A DNA stretch of 64,000 nt from Pseudomonadota bacterium (lineage in GTDB: Bacteria > Pseudomonadota > Gammaproteobacteria > Burkholderiales > Burkholderiaceae_C), in assembly GCA_030535425.1 (NCBI GenBank), contig JAUNHQ010000006.1, forward strand, positions 4,824 to 68,823, read 5' to 3'. Positions within the stretch are counted from its first letter, which is position 1; each line of letters begins with the position of its first letter. The notes beneath the pieces were generated by a model. It was not told the origin of the DNA. It saw nothing but the letters and a program-made list of their open reading frames with translations, and did no database searches. Position numbers and translations under genes: made by a program. This document shows positions 17,316-26,212 of the stretch, in pieces.

Positions 17316-17765
17316 ATGGCCAGCAAATTGACGGATCGGCAGCAGGCGCCAACGCTGGAAATGGTGTATGAGGCGGTGTGCGACTTGGTGGCTTCTGAGC
17401 AGTTCGCCACCCGATTGACGGTGGCAGAAATGACGGGGCTTCCGCTTTCCATCGTGGATGACAGGCTCAAAACGCTTGTGGCCGAGGACAGAATCAAGAG
17501 AATCATCAAGGGCTTTTACGCCCCTCATGTGGTGCATCCGCCTGCACGGGCGATTTCGCGCACCGATTTGCCTGATGGGATGGTGAAGTTGGAGATTGGT
17601 GACGATGTGCTGACGCTGACGCCGCGCGAGGCGCGCCGTCTGGCAGAGATGATGGCTGGCGCTGGCGCGAGTGCCGCCCTGATTGCGGCGATGCATTCGA
17701 GCACAGCCAGGATTACAGCCTTGGCTGAGGCGCTTTCGCTGCGAGCATCTCTGCCGTCCCTATAG
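17316..17765 (+). CDS. Winged-HTH protein, candidate late-gene activator
   Basis: TRLTVAEMTGLPLSIVDDRLKTL...GFY; last gene before the first late motif. Confidence 0.6.
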   Translation: MASKLTDRQQAPTLEMVYEAVCDLVASEQFATRLTVAEMTGLPLSIVDDRLKTLVAEDRIKRIIKGFYAPHVVHPPARAISRTDLPDGMVKLEIGDDVLTLTPREARRLAEMMAGAGASAALIAAMHSSTARITALAEALSLRASLPSL

Positions 17766-17797
17766 AGTTGGACGCAATGGCTGTGCGCGATGACACT
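17761..17797 (+). promoter_or_regulatory. Putative late promoter 1
   Basis: TATAGAGTT-N22-GACACT upstream of terS. Confidence 0.75.
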
Positions 17798-17805
17798 GCA
17801 CAGCT

Positions 17806-18501
17806 ATGAGTCATATCAGTTCAGAAAATGTCACGCCTGCGGCAAAGAAAAAGTCCGCAGGCGCTGTCGCGCCTGATTGGGAGCGGATTGAGCTGGATTA
17901 CCGCGCGGGGGTTAAGACGCTGCGGGAGATCGCGGCAGAAAATGGCGTGAGCCACACCCTTGTTAACCGCCGGGCTAAAAAGGATTGTTGGAGCAGAGAT
18001 TTAAGCGCCAAGATTCAAGCCAAGGCAGATGAGCTTGTTTCCAAGCAAAGTGTTTCCAGCAGTGTTTCCACGGTTTCCAAGCTGATTGAGCGCGAGGTTG
18101 TGGAAGCCAATGCGCAGCAGGCCGCCCATGTGCGCCTGTCCCAGCGCAAGGATATTGCCCGCATGCGTGGCATTGCGGACAAGTTGATGGCTGAGCTGGA
18201 GTTGCAGGCGGATGCGCAGACGGTGCAGATGCTGGGCCAGCTGGGTGAGTTGATGGCCGCCCCGGACGATAAAGGGATGGACAAGCTGGGCGAGTTGTAC
18301 CGCAAGGTGATCAGCTTGCCGGAGCGCACCAAGACGGCCAAGACGCTGGCGGAGACGTTGCGTATTGCGGTGGATATGGAGCGCCAGGCGTTTGGCATGG
18401 ATGCGAAGGAGGCGGCTGCGCCGCCCGGTGTGGCGGGCAATGGCGCGCCTGCGATTGCGGTGATTCACGTTGCGCCGCCTGCTGATGGAGGCCGGGTGTG
18501 A
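17806..18501 (+). CDS. terS: Terminase small subunit
   Basis: PDWERIELDYRAGVKTLREIA...RRAKKDCWSRDL; ERQAFG; upstream of terL. Confidence 0.85.
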   Translation: MSHISSENVTPAAKKKSAGAVAPDWERIELDYRAGVKTLREIAAENGVSHTLVNRRAKKDCWSRDLSAKIQAKADELVSKQSVSSSVSTVSKLIEREVVEANAQQAAHVRLSQRKDIARMRGIADKLMAELELQADAQTVQMLGQLGELMAAPDDKGMDKLGELYRKVISLPERTKTAKTLAETLRIAVDMERQAFGMDAKEAAAPPGVAGNGAPAIAVIHVAPPADGGRV

Positions 18502-19790
18502 TGATGGCAGCGCCAGAGGGTGTGACGCGGCTTGAGCTGCCTGCCAAGCTGTCTCCGATATGGCAGCCCAGGCGCTACAAGGTGATGCATGGCGGGCGCG
18601 GTGGCGGAAAGAGTTGGTCTGTGGCGGCGGTGCTGCTGGTGATGGCGGCGCAGCGCCCTATGCGTATTCTGTGCGCCCGCGAGGTGCAAAAGTCGATCAA
18701 GGATTCGGTTCATCGGCTGCTGACCGACCAGATTCACCGGCTTGGGCTGGGGTGGTTTTACGAGGTGCTGGAAACGGAGATTCGCGGGGTCAATGGTTCG
18801 CTGTTTCTGTTTTCCGGGCTGCAAACGCACACGGTGGATTCGATCAAGTCGTTTGAGGGCTGCGATATTGTGTGGGTGGAAGAGGCGCACAGCGTGTCAA
18901 AGAAAAGCTGGGACACGCTGACGCCGACGATCCGAAAAGAAGGATCAGAGGTTTGGCTGACTCTGAACCCGGACATGGAGACGGATGAAACCTATCAGCG
19001 TTTTATCGCGTCACCATCGCCGGATACATGGGTGTGCCAGATCAATTACAGCGATAACCCGTGGTTTCCACGGGTGCTGGAGGATGAGCGCCTGAAGGCG
19101 CAGCGCACGATGCTGGCCGATGACTATGCGCATATCTGGGAAGGTAAGCCGCGACGGGTGGCAGAAGGGGCGATTTACCGGCACGAGATGGAGCAGATTT
19201 ACCTGGATGGCCGGGTTCGCGATGTGCCGTATGACCCAACACTGCCGGTTCACACGGTCTGGGATTTGGGTTGGAACGATGCGATGAGCATTGCCCTGGT
19301 GCAGCGCGGGCCGCAGGATGTGCGGCTGATTGACTATATCGAGGACAGTCACCGCACGTTGGACTGGTATGTGGCTGAGCTGGATAAGCGCCCTTATCGC
19401 TGGGGCACGGATTACCTGCCGCACGATGGGCGCACGCGCAATTTCCAGACGGGCAAGAGTACTGAGCAGCTTTTGCGTGAGATGGGGCGCAAGAGTGTGA
19501 GGGCGCAGGATCGGGCGACTGACGTTGAGGAGGGCATCAAGGCGTTGCGCATGGTGTTCCCGCGCCTGTATGTGGATCAGGCCAAGTGCGCGCGGCTACT
19601 GGAGTGTCTCAAGCGGTACCAGCGGCGTATCCACAGCGTGACGAATGAGCCGATGGAGCCGCTGCATGATGAGTACAGCCACGGCGCTGATTGCGCGCGC
19701 TATGTGGCTGTGTGGCTTCCGCATATGCAAAGCGTTGCTGCGCGCGCTGCCTACGAAGAGCCGCAAGCGCCGGATTGGCGTGTTGTTTGA
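18498..19790 (+). CDS. terL: Terminase large subunit (PBSX-like)
   Basis: HGGRGGGKS, WVEEA, TLNP, WDLGWND, SHGAD. Confidence 0.95.
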   Translation: MMMAAPEGVTRLELPAKLSPIWQPRRYKVMHGGRGGGKSWSVAAVLLVMAAQRPMRILCAREVQKSIKDSVHRLLTDQIHRLGLGWFYEVLETEIRGVNGSLFLFSGLQTHTVDSIKSFEGCDIVWVEEAHSVSKKSWDTLTPTIRKEGSEVWLTLNPDMETDETYQRFIASPSPDTWVCQINYSDNPWFPRVLEDERLKAQRTMLADDYAHIWEGKPRRVAEGAIYRHEMEQIYLDGRVRDVPYDPTLPVHTVWDLGWNDAMSIALVQRGPQDVRLIDYIEDSHRTLDWYVAELDKRPYRWGTDYLPHDGRTRNFQTGKSTEQLLREMGRKSVRAQDRATDVEEGIKALRMVFPRLYVDQAKCARLLECLKRYQRRIHSVTNEPMEPLHDEYSHGADCARYVAVWLPHMQSVAARAAYEEPQAPDWRVV

Positions 19791-19801
19791 GGGTGTTAGA
19801 C

Positions 19802-22018
19802 GTGAATTACCTGAAGCCACCTGAAAGCGCTGACTTTGGTGAGGCAATGACGCAGGCCGAGTTTGCGAAGATCATTGACGAGATCATCGATCAGCCCGCC
19901 TGGCGGACGCAAGCCGACCGGGAGGCCGATTACGCAGACGGGAACCAGCTGGATTCCGCGCTGCTGGCGAACCTGAAAAAGTCTGGCATTCCGCCCGCCA
20001 AGGAAAACATCATCGGGCCGACGATTGCCGCGCTGTGCGGCCATGAGGCCAAGACGCGCACGGACTGGCGCGTGACGCCAGATGGCGATCCTGGCGGGCA
20101 GGATGTGGCCGACGCGCTGAATTACCGGCTGAATCAGGCGGAGAAGCAGTCCAAGGCTGATGAGGCGATGAGCGATGCGTTCAAGCCGCAGGTGTCTGTC
20201 GGTCTTGGCTGGGTGGAGGTGGCCAGGTCAAGCGATCCGTTTGCGTTCAAGTTCCGCTGCCGCTACGTGCATCGCAATGAGATTTTTTGGCAGATGAGCT
20301 GCCGCGAGCGGGATTTGTCCGATTGCGCATGGCTGCTGCGTGAGCGGTTTGTCAGGCGCAGCCAGGCGATGGCGGCATTCCCAGAGCACAAGCAGCTGAT
20401 TGCTGGGTTGGATGCCTATGGCGCGCTGGGTGGCTATGGCGGTTACCTGGCCGAAGGCGGTGTTTCCACAGGCTTGATGTCTGGCGCTGACATGAGCCGT
20501 GCGTGGACGGCCAGGGAAGCGGCATGGTATCGCAGCGAGTCTGATGATGTGTGCATCAGTGAGGTGTGGTACCGGCGCTGGGTTTCCACCCTGGTTTTGC
20601 GTTTGCGCGGCGGGCGTGTGGTGGAGTTTGATGCAGAGAATCCAGCGCATCAAGCCGCCGTGGCCAGCGGGCAAGGCAGGATCGAGCGTGCCACGGTTTC
20701 GCGTGTGCGCCGCAGCTACTGGATGGGGCCGCATTGCCTGTTTGATGGCCCAACGCCCTACCCTCACAGCTATTTCCCCTATGTGCCGTTTTGGGGCTAT
20801 CGGGAGGATATGACGGGGGTGCCATTCGGGCTGGTGCGGGACATGATGTTCCCGCAGGACAACCTGAACATGACCATTGCAAAGCTGCGGTGGGGTTTGT
20901 CTGCGGTGCGTGTGGAGCGCACCGATGGCGCGGTGGATATGACGGACGATCAGCTGCGCCGGATGCTGGCTCGCCCGGACGCCGATGTGAAGCTGAACGC
21001 GCAGCATTTCCGCGAGAACCCGAATGCCCGGTTTGAGGTCAAGCGGGATTTCCAGCTGAGCAGCCAGCAGTTCCAGATGATGATGGATGCGCGCGCGGCG
21101 ATTGAGCGCGTGAGTGGCATCACGTCGGCGTTCCAGGGCAAGACAGGTTCTGCGCGCTCTGGTTTGCAGGAGCAGACGCAGCTGGAGCAGTCGCAGGTTT
21201 CCGTGGCCGATTTGATGGACAGCTTCAAGCAGTCTCGCACGATGGTGGGCGAGATGCTGATGGCGATGGAGATCGAGGACATGGGCCAGGAGGAAACAAC
21301 GGTGGTGATTGAGGGTGATACCCTGAACCCGCCGCGCACGGTGGTGCTGAACCATCCCGAGGTTGACCAGGAAACGGGGCTGCTTTACCTGTCTAACGAT
21401 GTGCAGCGAACGCGCATGCGGGTGGCTCTGGAGGACGTGCCCACATCATCCAGTTTCCGTGCGCAGCAGCTCAATGCGCTTTCTGAGTCCGTTAAGGCGC
21501 TGCCCGCCGAGATTCAGCAGGTGGCGATGCCCTTCATGATTGACTTGATGGACTTGCCGCGCAAGTCCCAGATGGTTGCTGCGGTGCGTGAGGCATCCGG
21601 CCAGGCCGATCCGAAGCAGATTCGAGAGCAGGTCAAGCAGGAGCTGATGCACGACCTGAAGGAGCGCGAGCTAGCGCTGAAAGAGCGTATTGGCGATGCG
21701 CAGATCGAGAAGCTGGTGCGCGAGGCGGTGCAGGTTGGGGTGACTTCCGCCTTTGCCGCAATGCAGGCCGGGGAGAAGATTGCGCTCAATCCGGCTGTGG
21801 CTCCCATTGGGGATGTGGTAATGAAGCAGTCGGGGTGGCAGCCACCAAATCCTGCCGGGCAAGACCCGAATTTCCCCATTCCCGCCGAGGCAACGCCTGT
21901 GCAAGCGCCGGGCGGCGTGCCGGGAGATACATCGCCCACGACGCCACAGCAGCCCGCCGATCCGCAAGGCGCAGCAGTGGGTGCGCAACAGGGCGTTGAG
22001 ACGCTGCGCGACGATTGA
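19802..22018 (+). CDS. Portal protein (start 19802 GTG or 19847 ATG)
   Basis: ~730 aa after terL; DYADGNQ, NIIGPTI, FPYVPFWG, PFGLVRDM. Confidence 0.85.
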   Translation: MNYLKPPESADFGEAMTQAEFAKIIDEIIDQPAWRTQADREADYADGNQLDSALLANLKKSGIPPAKENIIGPTIAALCGHEAKTRTDWRVTPDGDPGGQDVADALNYRLNQAEKQSKADEAMSDAFKPQVSVGLGWVEVARSSDPFAFKFRCRYVHRNEIFWQMSCRERDLSDCAWLLRERFVRRSQAMAAFPEHKQLIAGLDAYGALGGYGGYLAEGGVSTGLMSGADMSRAWTAREAAWYRSESDDVCISEVWYRRWVSTLVLRLRGGRVVEFDAENPAHQAAVASGQGRIERATVSRVRRSYWMGPHCLFDGPTPYPHSYFPYVPFWGYREDMTGVPFGLVRDMMFPQDNLNMTIAKLRWGLSAVRVERTDGAVDMTDDQLRRMLARPDADVKLNAQHFRENPNARFEVKRDFQLSSQQFQMMMDARAAIERVSGITSAFQGKTGSARSGLQEQTQLEQSQVSVADLMDSFKQSRTMVGEMLMAMEIEDMGQEETTVVIEGDTLNPPRTVVLNHPEVDQETGLLYLSNDVQRTRMRVALEDVPTSSSFRAQQLNALSESVKALPAEIQQVAMPFMIDLMDLPRKSQMVAAVREASGQADPKQIREQVKQELMHDLKERELALKERIGDAQIEKLVREAVQVGVTSAFAAMQAGEKIALNPAVAPIGDVVMKQSGWQPPNPAGQDPNFPIPAEATPVQAPGGVPGDTSPTTPQQPADPQGAAVGAQQGVETLRDD

Positions 22019-22022
22019 TCCG

Positions 22023-22059
22023 TATAGAGTTTGCGCCGCATTCGTTCAGGGTGAACACT
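22023..22059 (+). promoter_or_regulatory. Putative late promoter 2
   Basis: TATAGAGTT-N22-AACACT upstream of the scaffold gene. Confidence 0.75.
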
Positions 22060-22181
22060 GGCAGGCACACGCATTTCAATGGCGTGAGTGCCGCCGATTT
22101 GGGCTGTGCTGGAAATGATTTCTGGCGTGCCCAAGCCGGTGTTCATCCACCACCGCCCAGGAAGACGGGCAGGGAGTACGA

Positions 22182-23174
22182 ATGAGCGAGACAGCGCAAT
22201 TGCTGGATGCCGCATTGAATGGCGATCTGGATTTGGATGCGGATGCTTCCAATATCGACACGAGCGCCGATTCTGAGCAAGCGGACGAAAGCAAAAAAGA
22301 CGCGCAGCCGGGCAAAGACAAAGGCGCGCCAGAGACAGAAACCAAAGACGACGGTGACAAGCAGACGGAGGTTCAGGATAACGAGCAGCCGGGCTTGATT
22401 GCGTCGAAGTCTGGCAAGTACGGCATCCCCTACGAGAAGCTGACCGAGGCGCGGCAGCAGCGCGACGAGTTCAAGTCTGAGCGCGATGCGTTCAAGGCGA
22501 AGTACGAAACTTTGCTGGCGCTGATGGAAGGTAAGCAGCAAGCCGAACCCGAAAAGACGCAATCTCCCGTGGACGCAGCCGAGGCTGTGAACCCGAAGGA
22601 TTTGTTTGCCGATTTCACGGAGGAAGGCATTGCCAAAGGGGTTGTTTTGCTGGCCGAGCAGCGCGCCCAGGCCATTGTGGAGGCAAAGCTGAAGGAGGCG
22701 CTGACGCCGTTGCAGCAACAGCAGCAGGTAAGCGCCGCGCAGGCGCACTGGAACGCGATTGTTTCGGCGCACCAGGATGCTGAAGAGGTGGCCGATTCGG
22801 CTGAGTTCAAGCAGTGGGTGGACAAGCAACCAGGCTACGCCCAGGGCGCGATTGTTCAGGCGCTGCAACACGGCACAGCCGATCAGGTGATTGAGGTTTT
22901 GTCGGCGTTCAAGGCGCAAGCGGAGCTTGACGCCAAGCAGACACAAACCAAGCCTGCGGACAAGCCTGATGCGGCTGTCCAAAGCGCTGTCGAGAAAGCG
23001 CGCAGCCAGGCCGCTGCGCAGCCGCCGGTGAGTTTGTCCGAAATGCCGGGTGCTCCCGCAGCAAGTGATTCCGAGCGAGTGGCCGCCATTGCAAGCGATC
23101 CCGTTGCCTTGATGGATTTCATGGCCGGGCTTTCGCCGGAAAAGCAGATGCGGCTCATGAACAGCGTGGTGTAA
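22182..23174 (+). CDS. Capsid scaffolding protein
   Basis: Acidic, coiled-coil ORF between portal and capsid; IPYEKL motif. Confidence 0.75.
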   Translation: MSETAQLLDAALNGDLDLDADASNIDTSADSEQADESKKDAQPGKDKGAPETETKDDGDKQTEVQDNEQPGLIASKSGKYGIPYEKLTEARQQRDEFKSERDAFKAKYETLLALMEGKQQAEPEKTQSPVDAAEAVNPKDLFADFTEEGIAKGVVLLAEQRAQAIVEAKLKEALTPLQQQQQVSAAQAHWNAIVSAHQDAEEVADSAEFKQWVDKQPGYAQGAIVQALQHGTADQVIEVLSAFKAQAELDAKQTQTKPADKPDAAVQSAVEKARSQAAAQPPVSLSEMPGAPAASDSERVAAIASDPVALMDFMAGLSPEKQMRLMNSVV

Positions 23175-23235
23175 GCCGCGCTACCCAAACAACCCGGTGG
23201 CCCAAGCGCCACCTTTTGAAACAGGAGGACTTCAC

Positions 23236-24525
23236 ATGTCCAAGACTCAAGTGGCTGCGGGTTCGCCCAATGCCCAATTTGTGCAGGCTGCCGGGCTGTT
23301 TTCGCAGTCCATGCAGCGCAATTCGACGCTCAACCGCATGGTGGGCAAGTTTCCGCAGGGCGAGTCTGGCGCCGCAAACACGCTCAAGCGCCAGACCAGC
23401 ACCGATATGCCCATCGTTCGCTCGATGGACTTGACGCGCGGCAATGGCGATGAGGTGGAATTCCACTTCGTGCAGCCGGTTGGCGCATACCCGATCATGG
23501 GCAGCCGCATGGCTGAGGGCAAGGGCGTTGGCATGTCGCTGGACAAGGCGCGCGTGCGCGTGAACCAGGCGCGCTTCCCGGTGGATGTGGGCGATGCAAT
23601 GACCGATCTGCGCTCGCCTGTGGAATTCCGAAAACTGGGCCGTCCGCTGGCTCAGTCGCTGATGGATTCGTACCAGGATCAGGCCATGCTGGTGCATCTG
23701 GCTGGCGCGCGGGGTTTTCACGACAACATCGAGTGGCGCATTCCGCTGGCCTCTCACCCCGATTTCGCCGAGATGGCGGTCAATGAGGTGAAAGCGCCTA
23801 CAAAGAACCGCCACTTTATTGCCGATGGCGATGGCATCAAACCGTTCACCATTTCTGGCGGCGAGGTGGATTTGCAAAGCACGGATGTGCTGAGCATGGG
23901 CGTGGTGGATGCGGTGCGCACGATGGTTGAGTCGATTGCCCTGCCGCCGCCTGCCGTCAAGCTGCCTGGCGACAAGGTGGCTGAGGATTCGCCGCTGCGT
24001 TGCCTGCTGGTGTCGCCAGCGCAGTACCACAGCTTTGCGCAGGACAAGGATTTCCGGCAGTTCCAGGTGGCGGCCATGAACCGCGCATCTAAAGCGGAAA
24101 ACCACCCCCTGTTCCTGGGTGATGTGGGTTTGTGGAACGGCGTGCTGATTTGCAAGATGCCCAAGCCGATCCGCTTTTATGCGGGCGATGAGATTCGCTA
24201 TTGCGCGAATTTCGACAACGAGGTGGAAAGCGCGGTGACTGTGCCTGCCAGTTTCGGCACCACCCACGCCGTGGATCGCGCGCTGCTGCTGGGCGGCCAG
24301 GCGCTGGCGCAGGCGTTTGGTTCCAGCCGTCACGGCGGCCTGCCTTTCTTCTGGAAGGAAAAGTCGTTCGACCACGACGACAAGATGGAGCTGCTGATCG
24401 GCGCGATTCAGGGCTTTTCCAAGATTCGCTGGGCGGTGGATCAAGGCAATGGCGCCAAGCATTTCACCGACCACGGCGTGATGGCGATCGACACGGCTGT
24501 GCCCATCATCGGCGCGCGCCAGTAA
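23236..24525 (+). CDS. Major capsid protein (N4-gp56/DUF4043-like)
   Basis: AGGAGG RBS; DLTRGNGDEV, HLAGARG, HPLFLGDVGLWNGVL, DHGVMAID. Confidence 0.88.
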   Translation: MSKTQVAAGSPNAQFVQAAGLFSQSMQRNSTLNRMVGKFPQGESGAANTLKRQTSTDMPIVRSMDLTRGNGDEVEFHFVQPVGAYPIMGSRMAEGKGVGMSLDKARVRVNQARFPVDVGDAMTDLRSPVEFRKLGRPLAQSLMDSYQDQAMLVHLAGARGFHDNIEWRIPLASHPDFAEMAVNEVKAPTKNRHFIADGDGIKPFTISGGEVDLQSTDVLSMGVVDAVRTMVESIALPPPAVKLPGDKVAEDSPLRCLLVSPAQYHSFAQDKDFRQFQVAAMNRASKAENHPLFLGDVGLWNGVLICKMPKPIRFYAGDEIRYCANFDNEVESAVTVPASFGTTHAVDRALLLGGQALAQAFGSSRHGGLPFFWKEKSFDHDDKMELLIGAIQGFSKIRWAVDQGNGAKHFTDHGVMAIDTAVPIIGARQ

Positions 24526-24532
24526 GAGCCAT

Positions 24533-24558
24533 AAGCAGGGCGGTCAAGCCCTGCTTTT
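24533..24558 (+). terminator. Intrinsic terminator after capsid gene
   Basis: AAGCAGGGC-GGTCAA-GCCCTGCTT followed by T-tract. Confidence 0.75.
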
Positions 24559-24591
24559 TCCATGAACCCAATGAATTGACGGAGGCTGAAA

Positions 24592-25062
24592 ATGGCCGTG
24601 ATTACCCAAAACCGTTCCCTGCGCAACAACTTCGGCTCCACGCCCTGGGGAAATGCGCATGTTCTTCACTACACGCTGACCACGGATAGCAAGGGCGCTG
24701 CCGTGGCTTCGGATTCCACAGCGCCCATTGCCAGTGGCGACAAGGTGCGCCTGGGTGTTTTGCCTGCGGGCGTGACGCTGGCCGACAGCCTTGTGGTTGT
24801 GTCCGGGGCTATTACGGGCTTGGCTGGCAGTCTGGGATTCGAGTATGTGGATGGAGTTGACGGCGAGAGTGTGCCGCAGGATGCTGAGTATTTCGGTTCT
24901 GAATTGACGCTGAGCGCAACGGCGCGGCTGCGCAACGACACCAAGAGCGCGCCCGTGACACTGCCCAAGGATGCCTGGCTGGTGCTGACAGCCTCTGGCA
25001 CGGCGTCTGCCGCAGGACGGGCCGATGTGCTGGTGACGGTGATTTCTTCTGGCGTGGCCTGA
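24592..25062 (+). CDS. Probable capsid decoration protein
   Basis: Beta-rich 156-aa ORF after MCP; GGAGG RBS. Confidence 0.6.
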   Translation: MAVITQNRSLRNNFGSTPWGNAHVLHYTLTTDSKGAAVASDSTAPIASGDKVRLGVLPAGVTLADSLVVVSGAITGLAGSLGFEYVDGVDGESVPQDAEYFGSELTLSATARLRNDTKSAPVTLPKDAWLVLTASGTASAAGRADVLVTVISSGVA

Positions 25063-25130
25063 TAGCTCAGGGCGGCCCGGCTGTGATGGCTGGCCGCCTT
25101 TTGTCTTTACACCTTAAAGAGGACGCAAAA

Positions 25131-25529
25131 GTGAAATTCATCCGTTTGCGCTACACGGGACGCAAGAACTACCGTGACAAGTTAATGCGTCTGGACTGGA
25201 CGACGGGCGCTGAGCAACTGGTTACGCCTGAAGCGGCCCAGAAGCTGCTTCGCTTTGCCGAGTTCTCGCTTCCAGACAAAGGCAAGCCTGCCAAAGCCGA
25301 GGTGGGTGGCGAGGTTGAGGCCGCCACGCTGGCCGTGCAGCAGGTAGAGCAGCAAGAGCAGGCCATTGAGGCCACGCTGGAATCCGTGCTGACGGAGGTG
25401 GACATGATGGACAAGGACGCGCTGGAGGCAATGGCCGCGCGTTACGAGTCCAACCTTGACAAGCGCCGCAGCGTGCAGGCTTTGCGCCTTGAGGTGCGCA
25501 ATCTGGTTGAGCAGTACGGAGTGCGTTGA
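25131..25529 (+). CDS. Hypothetical virion-associated protein
   Basis: GAGGA RBS before GTG 25131. Confidence 0.65.
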   Translation: MKFIRLRYTGRKNYRDKLMRLDWTTGAEQLVTPEAAQKLLRFAEFSLPDKGKPAKAEVGGEVEAATLAVQQVEQQEQAIEATLESVLTEVDMMDKDALEAMAARYESNLDKRRSVQALRLEVRNLVEQYGVR

Positions 25530-26197
25530 TGACGCTGGGCGATCTCATCCGGCGTTTTCGCATTCTTGCTGCGGATGTGGAGCAGCCGTACTTTTGGGCG
25601 GATGAGACGCTGACCGACTGGTTCAACGACGCGCAAGAGCAGGCTTGCATTCGTGGGCGGCTGATTCGCGAGGATGAGCGCCCGGATGTGTGCCGCATTG
25701 AGCTAAAACCGTGGCAGCACACGTACAAATTGCACCGATCTGTGTATGAGTTGATTCATGTGCAGATCAAGCCCGTTGCAGGGCCGGTGCGCAGGCTGTG
25801 TGTGCTGTCGCGCGAGCTGATGGACGCGGAGCGGCCGGGCTGGCGTGAAGATGACCGCCCGGCATCGGCGCTGGTGCAGGATGACACCACCTTGCGCGTG
25901 GTGGGCAGGATTGCGCCAGGCGATGTGCTGGAGCTGGAGTGCTATCGGCTGCCTCTGCGCCCGCTTGAGGATGAGGGAGATACGCCAGAAATCCATCAGG
26001 CGCACCACGTTCACTTGATCGAATGGGCGCTGCATAAGGCGTATAGCTGCGTGGATGCCGAGGTGTTCGACCCCAACCGCGCTGCGCTGGCCGAGCGCGC
26101 GTTTACCAGCTATTTCGGCCCGATGCCGCACAGCGACCTGCGCCGCATCACCCGTGAGGACGTGATTCACCACGTCCGTCCAGATTTTCCCTACTGA
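25529..26197 (+). CDS. Probable head-tail adaptor
   Basis: TLGDLI..FR....D...PYFW.D..L..WFNDAQ..A; LIEWALHKAY. Confidence 0.7.
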   Translation: MTLGDLIRRFRILAADVEQPYFWADETLTDWFNDAQEQACIRGRLIREDERPDVCRIELKPWQHTYKLHRSVYELIHVQIKPVAGPVRRLCVLSRELMDAERPGWREDDRPASALVQDDTTLRVVGRIAPGDVLELECYRLPLRPLEDEGDTPEIHQAHHVHLIEWALHKAYSCVDAEVFDPNRAALAERAFTSYFGPMPHSDLRRITREDVIHHVRPDFPY

Positions 26198-26212
26198 TAC
26201 AGGACGAAGGCC